This document shows positions 30,447 to 37,963 of a stretch of DNA of 37,963 nt, piece after piece. The translations under genes were made by a program, and so were the position numbers. Location of the stretch: the sequence record DRR723986_615; one strand, 5' to 3'. Every line of letters begins with the position of its first letter. Position 1 is the stretch's first letter. Below the pieces are notes generated by a model, which was not told the origin of the DNA, did not search any database, and worked only from the letters and a program-made list of their open reading frames with translations.

Positions 30447-31814
30447 ATGAATATTGTGATACTCGCGGCGGGCAAAGGCACCCGTATGAAGTCTGCCTTA
30501 CCCAAGGTGTTGCACCCAGTGGGCGGCCAGTCGATGCTGAGCCGTGTGGTCAGGACAGCGCTGCAATTTGAAAATCCGCATGTGGTGGTCGTGGTCGGGC
30601 ACGGTGCCCAGGCGGTTCAGCAGCATTTGTCTTTCCAGTCCGGTATTCAATTTGCGACTCAGTCAGAGCAACTGGGTACAGGCCATGCGGTTCAATGCGC
30701 AATCCCGGCCTTGGCCGATCATCCGGTTACTCTGATATTGTATGGTGACGTCCCTCTCATTCAATTTGAATCTTTGCAGCCTCTGGTTCAGGCGGCAAAG
30801 GCCGGTCAGATGGGCTTGATGACCTTGCACATGCCCAACCCACATGGTTATGGCCGCATTCTTCGTGATACCGAAGGTGCGGTGGTTGGCATCGTTGAAC
30901 AAAAAGACGCAACGCCTGTGCAGCTCGCTATCACCGAAGTCAATACCGGTATTCTTGCTTGCCCTACCTCGCAGTTAAAAAACTGGCTGGGCAAACTGAG
31001 TAACAACAACGCACAGGGCGAGTATTACCTCACAGATATCATCGCGATGGCACATGCCGATGGCTTATTGGTGCGAACCTGTCAGCCCACGCAGGGCTGG
31101 GAAGTGTCGGGTGTTAATTCCCGCGTTCAACAAGCTGAGCTTGAGCGTATCTGGCAACTTTATCAGGCTGAAAAATTAATGATCGACGGTGTGCAACTGC
31201 TCGATCCCGCCAGGATTGATTTGCGTGGCACGCTGCACTGTGGCGCAGATGTATCGATCGATGTTGGCTGTGTGTTTCAAGGGGAAGTCACCTTGGGCGA
31301 TGGGGTGTCCGTTGGCCCCTATTGTGTCCTCAACAACGTCAGTATTGCGGCGGGTACCCGTGTAGAAGCCTATTCCCATCTCACCGATGCCACCGTGGGC
31401 GAAAAAGCGGTCATTGGTCCCTACGCGCGCCTGCGTCCAGGTGCCAAATTGGGCGATGAAGTACACATTGGCAACTTTGTCGAGGTCAAGAATGCCAGCA
31501 TTGCCAATCAGTCCAAAGCCAATCATCTGGCCTACATCGGCGATGCACAAATTGGCGAGCGGGTGAATGTGGGGGCTGGCACGATTACTTGCAATTACGA
31601 TGGCGCCAACAAACACCTCACCATCATCGAGGACGACGTATTCATCGGCTCGGACACACAGCTGGTAGCACCCGTGACCGTGAAGAAGGGGGCCACCCTT
31701 GGCGCGGGAACCACCCTCACCAAAGATGCGCCAGAGAATGCGCTGACGGTGTCACGTGCCAAACAAATTACGATCACGGGCTGGAAGCGCCCGGTCAAAT
31801 CAACCAAAAAATAA
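30447..31814 (+). CDS. glmU: Bifunctional UDP-GlcNAc pyrophosphorylase / GlcN-1-P acetyltransferase
   Basis: [27 protein letters not shown], hexapeptide repeats and NYDGANKH. Confidence 0.98.
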   Translation: MNIVILAAGKGTRMKSALPKVLHPVGGQSMLSRVVRTALQFENPHVVVVVGHGAQAVQQHLSFQSGIQFATQSEQLGTGHAVQCAIPALADHPVTLILYGDVPLIQFESLQPLVQAAKAGQMGLMTLHMPNPHGYGRILRDTEGAVVGIVEQKDATPVQLAITEVNTGILACPTSQLKNWLGKLSNNNAQGEYYLTDIIAMAHADGLLVRTCQPTQGWEVSGVNSRVQQAELERIWQLYQAEKLMIDGVQLLDPARIDLRGTLHCGADVSIDVGCVFQGEVTLGDGVSVGPYCVLNNVSIAAGTRVEAYSHLTDATVGEKAVIGPYARLRPGAKLGDEVHIGNFVEVKNASIANQSKANHLAYIGDAQIGERVNVGAGTITCNYDGANKHLTIIEDDVFIGSDTQLVAPVTVKKGATLGAGTTLTKDAPENALTVSRAKQITITGWKRPVKSTKK

Positions 31815-31830
31815 AGGAAAACCTCACATC

Positions 31831-33672
31831 ATGTGCGGAATTGTCGGCGTACTCTCCAAAACCAACAGCGTGCCAGTATTGATCGATGGCCTGAAAAAGC
31901 TTGAATACCGCGGATACGACTCGGCTGGCTTGGCCATTCAGTCCGATGCTGACCAATCCATCCATCGTGCTCGCAGCGTAGGTCGTGTGGTCGAGCTCGA
32001 CTCCAGCACCAAAACCCTGAGTGCACGAATGGGCATTGCCCACACTCGATGGGCCACGCACGGCGTACCCAGTGAGCGCAATGCACATCCCCACATCAGT
32101 GAGGGGCAGGGTGTCTCTGTAAGCGTGGTGCACAACGGCATCATTGAAAATCACGAGGAAATCCGAAAGGCACTGACTGCCGAGGGCTACGTATTTCAAT
32201 CCGACACCGACACCGAAGTTATCGCACACCTCACCCACAAGCATTTGGTTCAAGGTCTTGAATTACGGGCCGCGGTGCAGGCCACCGTGAAAAAGCTGGA
32301 AGGCGCTTTCGCCATCGCGGTCATTTGTAATACGGCACCGCTGACTTTGCTTGCGTCCAAGAAAGGTGCCCCCCTCTTGGTGGGGCATGGCGAGGGCGAA
32401 TTCTTTTTGGCGTCAGATGCCTCAGCGCTGGTGGCCTACACCAAACAAATTACCTACCTCGAAGAAAACGATGTGGTGCAATTGCAAACCACCGGGGTTT
32501 TATTCTTCGATGGCGTCGGCCAGCAGGTCGAAAGGCCCATTATTGAAAGTCAGCTGTCTGCCGATGCCGTGGAACTGGGCCCTTATGCCCACTACATGCA
32601 AAAGGAAATCTACGAGCAGCCCGGTGCCATCGCTGCCACACTGGAAATGGTCAGCAACGCTTCAGCAGTCAAGCCTGAGTTGTTCGGTGCAGAAGCGGGT
32701 CATATCCTTCCCGGTATTCAGCAGGTACTCATACTGGCATGTGGCACCAGCTACCACGCTGCATCCGTTGCACGCTATTGGCTCGAGTCGATTGCCGCTT
32801 TGCCCACCAATGTTGAAATTGCAAGCGAGTATCGCTATCGCACCAGTGTCAGTTTGCCCAACACCTTGGTGATCACCATCTCACAATCTGGCGAAACTGC
32901 CGACACGCTGGCAGCATTGGAGCATGCCAAGTCACAGGGCATGGTCAATGCGCTTTCCATTTGCAACGTTCCGGAGTCCGCGCTTATCCGGGCTAGCAAC
33001 CTGAAGTTCTTGACACGCGCAGGGCCCGAAATTGGTGTGGCTTCAACCAAGGCTTTCACCACGCAGCTGGCTGCGCTTTTCACCTTCACCTTGGTGATGG
33101 CCAAGTTGCGTGGAAAACTTTCTGTGGAACAAGAAAAGACCTTGCTCACGCAGCTGCGTCACCTTCCTTCAGCCATGCAGAACATTCTGGCGCTCGAGCC
33201 CGAGATCAAGGCTTTGGCTGCCAGTTTCGCAGAGAAGCGTCATGCCCTGTTCCTCGGACGTGGTGTGCACTACCCGATTGCCATGGAAGGTGCGTTGAAG
33301 CTGAAAGAAATCAGCTACATCCATGCTGAGGCTTACGCGGCCGGTGAATTGAAGCATGGCCCCTTGGCCCTCGTGGATGCCGATATGCCGGTGGTTGCCG
33401 TAGCTCCCAAAGACACTTTGATCGAGAAGTTGAAATCCAATCTGCAGGAAGTGCGTGCACGCGGCGGCGAGCTTTACATTTTTGCTGACCGCGACACCAA
33501 GATTGACAAAGCCGATGGTGTGCATGTGATCAACTTGCTTGATCACGCCGGGCATTTATCCCCGATTCTGCACACCTTGCCCCTGCAGTTGTTGTCCTAT
33601 CATGTCGCTTTGGTCAAGGGCACGGATGTGGACAAACCCCGTAACCTCGCAAAGTCGGTCACTGTCGAGTAA
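31831..33672 (+). CDS. glmS: Glutamine--fructose-6-phosphate aminotransferase
   Basis: Starts MCGIVG (Ntn Cys) at ATG 31831 with AGGA upstream; [10 protein letters not shown] and HTRWATHG; ends [13 protein letters not shown]. Confidence 0.99.
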   Translation: MCGIVGVLSKTNSVPVLIDGLKKLEYRGYDSAGLAIQSDADQSIHRARSVGRVVELDSSTKTLSARMGIAHTRWATHGVPSERNAHPHISEGQGVSVSVVHNGIIENHEEIRKALTAEGYVFQSDTDTEVIAHLTHKHLVQGLELRAAVQATVKKLEGAFAIAVICNTAPLTLLASKKGAPLLVGHGEGEFFLASDASALVAYTKQITYLEENDVVQLQTTGVLFFDGVGQQVERPIIESQLSADAVELGPYAHYMQKEIYEQPGAIAATLEMVSNASAVKPELFGAEAGHILPGIQQVLILACGTSYHAASVARYWLESIAALPTNVEIASEYRYRTSVSLPNTLVITISQSGETADTLAALEHAKSQGMVNALSICNVPESALIRASNLKFLTRAGPEIGVASTKAFTTQLAALFTFTLVMAKLRGKLSVEQEKTLLTQLRHLPSAMQNILALEPEIKALAASFAEKRHALFLGRGVHYPIAMEGALKLKEISYIHAEAYAAGELKHGPLALVDADMPVVAVAPKDTLIEKLKSNLQEVRARGGELYIFADRDTKIDKADGVHVINLLDHAGHLSPILHTLPLQLLSYHVALVKGTDVDKPRNLAKSVTVE

Positions 33673-33700
33673 ATGACTTTGCTTCTTCCGTCTTGAATTT
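33637..33700 (+). other. attTn7-equivalent site (3' end of glmS); no Tn7 element present
   Basis: The glmS C-terminal codons ([11 protein letters not shown]) are the established TnsD target. No Tn7 ends or tns genes follow. Confidence 0.6.
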
Positions 33701-34480
33701 TTTCAAGGCCTGTTCCGAGCCTTGTAGTCGACTTAAGCCTTCTGCCACCCGGTGAAACAACCCGGGTGCCAACACCAGCGGCGCGATGGCCTTGGGTGCA
33801 ATAATTTTACGCTGACGTTTTTCAATACCCCTGTACATCGCATCAATTACCAACTCTGGCTCAATTGAGCCAAAGGCACCCTTGTGACCTCCCCAGAGCA
33901 CACCTGCATTCACCTCCTTGATCATTGCAGTATTGGTAAACGTGGGGTGTACACAACCTACGTCAATGCCATCCAGCGCCAGCTCCTGTCTGGCCACGTC
34001 AGCCAAGGCCTCAACTGCTGCTTTCGAAGCAGCGTAGTGGCCCATCAATGGCGTATGAATCGCGGCTGCCAATGAAGATATGACTTGCAGATAACCCTTT
34101 GTTTCGCGCAGGTAAGGTATGCCGGCGCGAATTGTGTTGAACGCACCGTTCACGTTTACCTGCATGACTGCGTCAAAGTCAGCCGGGTTCATGTGCTCAA
34201 TCGAGCCCATTTTCAAGATTCCAGCGTTCACCACGACGACATCAATCCTGCCAAAGCGCTCCTTGCATTCGGCCATGGCAAGTTCCAGGTCTGCTGGTTT
34301 GCACACATTGGCCTGGCAGCCAGCAATACCTTCTCCGCCCAAATTTTCAACTTGAGCAAACACCGCCTCGGCGCTCAAGTCCACAATAAAGGCTTTGCCA
34401 CCATTGCCCACTACTTTTGCGGCCAACCCTGCACCAAGACCCCGAGCGCCACCAGTAATAAACACCACTTTATTTCTCAT
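33659..34480 (-). CDS. SDR family NAD(P)-dependent oxidoreductase
   Basis: [19 protein letters not shown] and YAASK motifs. Confidence 0.93.
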   Translation of the reverse strand: MRNKVVFITGGARGLGAGLAAKVVGNGGKAFIVDLSAEAVFAQVENLGGEGIAGCQANVCKPADLELAMAECKERFGRIDVVVVNAGILKMGSIEHMNPADFDAVMQVNVNGAFNTIRAGIPYLRETKGYLQVISSLAAAIHTPLMGHYAASKAAVEALADVARQELALDGIDVGCVHPTFTNTAMIKEVNAGVLWGGHKGAFGSIEPELVIDAMYRGIEKRQRKIIAPKAIAPLVLAPGLFHRVAEGLSRLQGSEQALKKFKTEEAKSFTRQ

Positions 34481-34500
34481 AATTATTTCCAGAATTTAGA

Positions 34501-35424
34501 TCAAAGATTCTCAATGAAAGAGATGCAATCCGCAGCAAAACGACCGGGAGTCTCCTCCATCGGAATATGGCCGACTCCCCGGTACACCTTCAGCTCCGAG
34601 TTCGGGATATCCCGATTGAATCGGCCAGCCATTTCAATGCTGACCCATCGGTCATCGCCACCCCACACAATCAATGTCTTGCACTGAATTTCAGGCAACC
34701 GTTCCGAGCCCAGTTCTCCATCGGTAAAGACCCCCACCATCTGACCCACGGCGCCACGATTGGGTTTGTGCATAAACAACTCCAGGTATCTGTTCAGCAC
34801 TTCTTTTTTCAGTTTGCGCTTGTCCCCGTACACATCGCGAACAGCCATTCGCAACAAAAATGCGGGCACTGCATGTCGTGTGAGCCATGCGATCGGTTTG
34901 ATTGTAAACAGTGTGATGTAAATCGGTAGTGGTTGCTGATACCCAACAGCATCAGAAATGATCAAACCTCGCACCCGTTCGGGATGCCTTTGCGCCTGAT
35001 CCCAACTTAAAAAACCTCCGAATGAATTGCCGATCATCACGCATTTTCTAATTTCCAGAGCGTCCAGTACTGCATCCACGAACTGCTGATAGAAGGCCAC
35101 GTCCATTTTCCGCACTCGGCCATGTTCGTCGAGTGCCGGCCCTGTCAAACCGAACGGGGGTAAATCAAAGCGAATAATGCGGAACTGCTTGCTCATCTGT
35201 GTGCAAACATCGCTCCACGTGTGAAGGCTGGCCGCAAAGCCGTGGATCATGACCACATCAGGTCCACTGCCCTCAATGCTCACATGCACTTTCAGGCCCA
35301 TGCAATCCAGAAAAGTCGATGTGGGCAAGGCATGTTTTTCGATCAACGCTTTCCTGTCGGGGCCGGCCCACCCAAATTCATTCAACAATGCACGCAATTG
35401 ATGTCTCCCCGGGTTTTGATTCAT
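34501..35424 (-). CDS. Alpha/beta fold hydrolase (lipase/esterase-like); start may be GTG 35445
   Basis: HGFAAS oxyanion motif, FDLPPFG, GNSFGG nucleophile, WGGDD and GHIPMEE. Confidence 0.9.
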   Translation of the reverse strand: MNQNPGRHQLRALLNEFGWAGPDRKALIEKHALPTSTFLDCMGLKVHVSIEGSGPDVVMIHGFAASLHTWSDVCTQMSKQFRIIRFDLPPFGLTGPALDEHGRVRKMDVAFYQQFVDAVLDALEIRKCVMIGNSFGGFLSWDQAQRHPERVRGLIISDAVGYQQPLPIYITLFTIKPIAWLTRHAVPAFLLRMAVRDVYGDKRKLKKEVLNRYLELFMHKPNRGAVGQMVGVFTDGELGSERLPEIQCKTLIVWGGDDRWVSIEMAGRFNRDIPNSELKVYRGVGHIPMEETPGRFAADCISFIENL

Positions 35425-35506
35425 AACAGTGTAGAAGCCCCACACCTCGACTCAACTTGATTACAATCATTGATGGTTGATATTTCCGGACAAATCCTGC
35501 TCTCCT

Positions 35507-36529
35507 ATGCCAGCTCGTCGAACTGTTGCCAGTGTAAAAATTCTGAGTGAACTGGGCGTACGGCTCGGCTCCACCCGCAGTGCACTCCTCACGGGCTCCT
35601 CGATTCTCCCCGCGCAACTTGACGATCCACATCTGGAAATTGATCCTGATCAAGAGTTACAAGTGATTCATAACCTGGTGCGTTTGCACGGCAAAGTCCC
35701 GGGGCTTGGGTTGATGGCCGGGGCTGAGTATCACCTGACCACCTACGGCATCTGGGGGTACGCACTGATCACCAGCCCCACTTTCAGGCAGGCTGTCGAA
35801 CTGGGTTTGCGTTATCTTGACCTGACCTTTGCCTTCTCCAAAGTCGAGCTGGCACTTGGAGACGGTTTGGCATCCATGATTCTGTCGGTTGATCATTTGC
35901 CCCCGGCAGTACGTTCATTTGTGGCCGAGCGTGACTGCTCTGCCATTCAGGTTTTGCAGCGGGAGCTATTCGGAGTCAGCTTGCCTTTACGGGCTGTTGA
36001 ATTTGCGTTTGCGCCCAACGCACCCCTGTCTCAATACGAAACCATGTTTGGCTGCATCCCGCAGTTCAATGCCCCTGTCAACAGGGCCACATTCGACGAG
36101 CAATGGTTGAACTTGCCGCTACCCAAGGCAAATGAACACAGTGCAAAGTTCTGTGAGACCCAACTTGAGAATCTGCTCTCTCGTCGAATGCAGCGTGGGG
36201 GCGTATCCGCCTGGTTGCGCAACAAATTGCTCGCCGACTTGTCGTCCTCTCCAAGCCTTGCGCAGATTGCCACCGATCATTTCATGACTGAGCGTACTTT
36301 ACGCAGGCGTCTGACTGATGAGGGCACCAGTTATCGAGACTTGCTGGCGGAGGTTCGTCAAACCATGGCCGAAGAGTTACTCAGTTCTACCGGGCTGAGT
36401 GTGTCCGAAGTCTCTGCCCGGCTGGGCTATTCATCGCCCTCGGCCTTTATCCATGCCTTTCAGAAATGGCACAACTGTTCACCTCGCCAATTTCTGGATG
36501 CTCGATCGAAGCAGATAGAGCGCTACTAA
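35507..36529 (+). CDS. AraC family transcriptional regulator (about 340 aa, N-terminal Arabinose_bd_2-type domain)
   Basis: YGIWGYALITSPT N-terminal domain; C-terminal double HTH MTERTLRRRL...LGYSSPSAFIHAFQKW...SP. Confidence 0.93.
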   Translation: MPARRTVASVKILSELGVRLGSTRSALLTGSSILPAQLDDPHLEIDPDQELQVIHNLVRLHGKVPGLGLMAGAEYHLTTYGIWGYALITSPTFRQAVELGLRYLDLTFAFSKVELALGDGLASMILSVDHLPPAVRSFVAERDCSAIQVLQRELFGVSLPLRAVEFAFAPNAPLSQYETMFGCIPQFNAPVNRATFDEQWLNLPLPKANEHSAKFCETQLENLLSRRMQRGGVSAWLRNKLLADLSSSPSLAQIATDHFMTERTLRRRLTDEGTSYRDLLAEVRQTMAEELLSSTGLSVSEVSARLGYSSPSAFIHAFQKWHNCSPRQFLDARSKQIERY

Positions 36530-37702
36530 TCCGGGAACGGCGGCCGCGGTTGAGAATATAAAAAAGTCACTCCAGCCATACGCAGCTACCACATAACCGG
36601 CGGGCGCTGCCAGGTAAACCCGGCCCATGGCAGCGAGCGATGAAAGTAAGGCATATTGCGTGGCCGAGAACTCCTTGCTGCACAAGCTGGTCAACAAGCC
36701 CACGAAAGCCGCCGTGCCCATGCCGCCGCACAGGTTTTCAACAAATACGGCGCTGCCCATGGCCCAAATACTGGGCTCTATCACGGACAGTACCCAGAAT
36801 GACAGGTTTGAAACCGCCTGGAATATCCCAAACAACATCAGTGACCCGTATAAGCCCATGCGTGTCATCAAAGCGCCACCCAGAAACGCGCCCAACAATG
36901 TTGCAATCAGGCTCACTGTTTTGTTCACAGCGCCAACCTCGGTCAAAGTAAAGCCCAATCCTTTGAGCAAAAATGCGGTGGTCAATGAACCTGCAAATGC
37001 GTCACCCACTTTGTAAAGTACGATTAGTAGCAGAATCCAGATTGCGGCTTCTTTGCTCATGAAGTTGCGTGTCGACTCTTTCACAATGTCAAGCAGCTTT
37101 TTTTTCGCTGCTCGCCTGGCCAAGTCCTCGGGTGTGTCCGAGGTGGGGCTTAAGGCGGTAATCACAGCGCAGGCGCCAATCAACGCGGCCATCAACAGAT
37201 AAGTGCCAGTCCAGCCCAGGTACTCGCCGGCAAGTATCAATGCCAGCCCGCCTGAAACCAGCATGGCCACCCGGTAACCTGTGACGTAGTAGGCCGCGCC
37301 CAGTCCGCGCTCTGGGGCGGGCAGCAGGTCGGTGCGATAGGCGTCGATCGCCATGTCCTGGGTCGATGAGCAAAAAGCAATTGCCACGGCGACTGCGGCC
37401 ACCGTCCAGGCAGAATGAGCGTCCACAAAGGCCATGGTTGCTATCAGCCCGGCACAGGCCAATTGCATCAACGCAATCCAGCCACGCCGTTGGTCAAAAA
37501 AGCCCGGTTTTAAATAATCAAGAAATGGCGACCACAAAAATTTATACGTGTATGGAAATCCAACCACCGCATACAAACCGATGGTTTTTATGTCCACATT
37601 TTCCACAGCCAGCCACGCTTGGAGGGTGCTTCCTGTCAGAGCAAGGGGCAGTCCGCTGGAAAAACCAAGAATTAATATACAAATAAGACGGAAAGGGGGC
37701 AT
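36479..37702 (-). CDS. ampG: AmpG muropeptide MFS transporter
   Basis: LGFSSGLPLAL, YKFLWSP, RRGW, STQDMAIDAYR and ATQYALLSSL motifs. Confidence 0.95.
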   Translation of the reverse strand: MPPFRLICILILGFSSGLPLALTGSTLQAWLAVENVDIKTIGLYAVVGFPYTYKFLWSPFLDYLKPGFFDQRRGWIALMQLACAGLIATMAFVDAHSAWTVAAVAVAIAFCSSTQDMAIDAYRTDLLPAPERGLGAAYYVTGYRVAMLVSGGLALILAGEYLGWTGTYLLMAALIGACAVITALSPTSDTPEDLARRAAKKKLLDIVKESTRNFMSKEAAIWILLLIVLYKVGDAFAGSLTTAFLLKGLGFTLTEVGAVNKTVSLIATLLGAFLGGALMTRMGLYGSLMLFGIFQAVSNLSFWVLSVIEPSIWAMGSAVFVENLCGGMGTAAFVGLLTSLCSKEFSATQYALLSSLAAMGRVYLAAPAGYVVAAYGWSDFFIFSTAAAVPGLVALYLLRSSIQKLAR

Positions 37703-37708
37703 GAGGTG

Positions 37709-37737
37709 TTGACGTTGTTTAAAAAAGCATCCATAAT
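37709..37737 (+). promoter_or_regulatory. Sigma-70 promoter of the tRNA operon with GC-rich discriminator
   Basis: TTGACG-N17-CATAAT followed by CCGGGG, 15 bp before tRNA-Tyr. Confidence 0.8.
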
Positions 37738-37752
37738 CCGGGGTTCTCTTTT

Positions 37753-37838
37753 GGAGAGATGCCCGAGTGGCTAAAGGGGGCAGACTGTAAATCTGTTGGC
37801 TTACGCCTACGTTGGTTCGAATCCAACTCTCTCCACCA
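37753..37838 (+). tRNA. tRNA-Tyr (GTA)
   Basis: GGAGAGA/TCTCTCC acceptor stem, anticodon loop CTGTAAA, long variable arm, GGTTCGAATCC and encoded CCA. Confidence 0.98.
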
Positions 37839-37861
37839 AGAATTCAAGCAGTTTAACCGAG

Positions 37862-37885
37862 TGCGCCCTTGAAAAGGGGTGTGCA
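37862..37885 (+). other. Inter-tRNA spacer hairpin with GAAA loop
   Basis: TGCGCCCTT-GAAA-AGGGGTGTG pairs using G-U pairs; probably a spacer or processing structure. Confidence 0.45.
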
Positions 37886-37891
37886 AGGTGT

Positions 37892-37963
37892 GCGGGTGTA
37901 GCTCAATGGTAGAGCTGAAGCCTTCCAAGCTTAAGACGAGGGTTCGATTCCCTTCACCCGCTC
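37892..37963 (+). tRNA. tRNA-Gly (TCC); CCA end cut by the window edge
   Basis: GCGGGTG/CACCCGC acceptor stem, anticodon loop CTTCCAA and GGTTCGATTCC. The Tyr-Gly order fits the tRNA cluster that usually precedes tuf. Confidence 0.97.

Noticed and set aside
31815..31830. glmS ribozyme or large regulatory leader
   Set aside because: Only 16 bp separate glmU and glmS, enough for an RBS only.
33673..36529. Tn7-like transposon downstream of glmS
   Set aside because: No tnsABCD/tniQ genes, no TGT...ACA ends with repeated TnsB sites, and no target duplication seen.
37719..37928. 69-aa ORF containing WWRELDSNQRRRKPTDLQSAPF
   Set aside because: A classic spurious translation of the tRNA-Tyr and tRNA-Gly antisense strand.

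Overview
A compact stretch of mostly core betaproteobacterial (Burkholderiales) chromosome. Composition and gene content suggest a Limnobacter-like organism, but that is inference. In order it holds: a partial ABC-F (Uup-like) gene and a DUF4743-type Nudix hydrolase appended to mreBCD-mrdA-rodA; gatCAB; an ExoIII-family gene divergent from pyrE; a VanZ / 2Fe-2S ferredoxin / alpha-beta hydrolase / D-Ala-D-Ala carboxypeptidase / ybeD operon; birA-coaX-SPOR; a MidA-type methyltransferase divergent from a pteridine-reductase SDR, folB and ttcA; ilvA; a ten-gene + strand run (SPOR, dsbA, rlpA, hslVU, argB, phaM-like, FIST, glmU, glmS); a three-gene AraC / hydrolase / SDR cassette at the attTn7 position; ampG; and tRNA-Tyr(GTA) and tRNA-Gly(TCC). 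I see no transposase, integrase, prophage, CRISPR array or defence system. The best candidates for undescribed biology are: a PhaM-like gene abutting a stand-alone FIST sensor with no kinase partner; a 13-bp stem that could silence argB in hslVU read-through transcripts; the VanZ-ferredoxin-hydrolase-carboxypeptidase operon; and the catabolic cassette overlapping both glmS and ampG. All are hypotheses, and all protein identifications come from recalled motifs rather than database searches.
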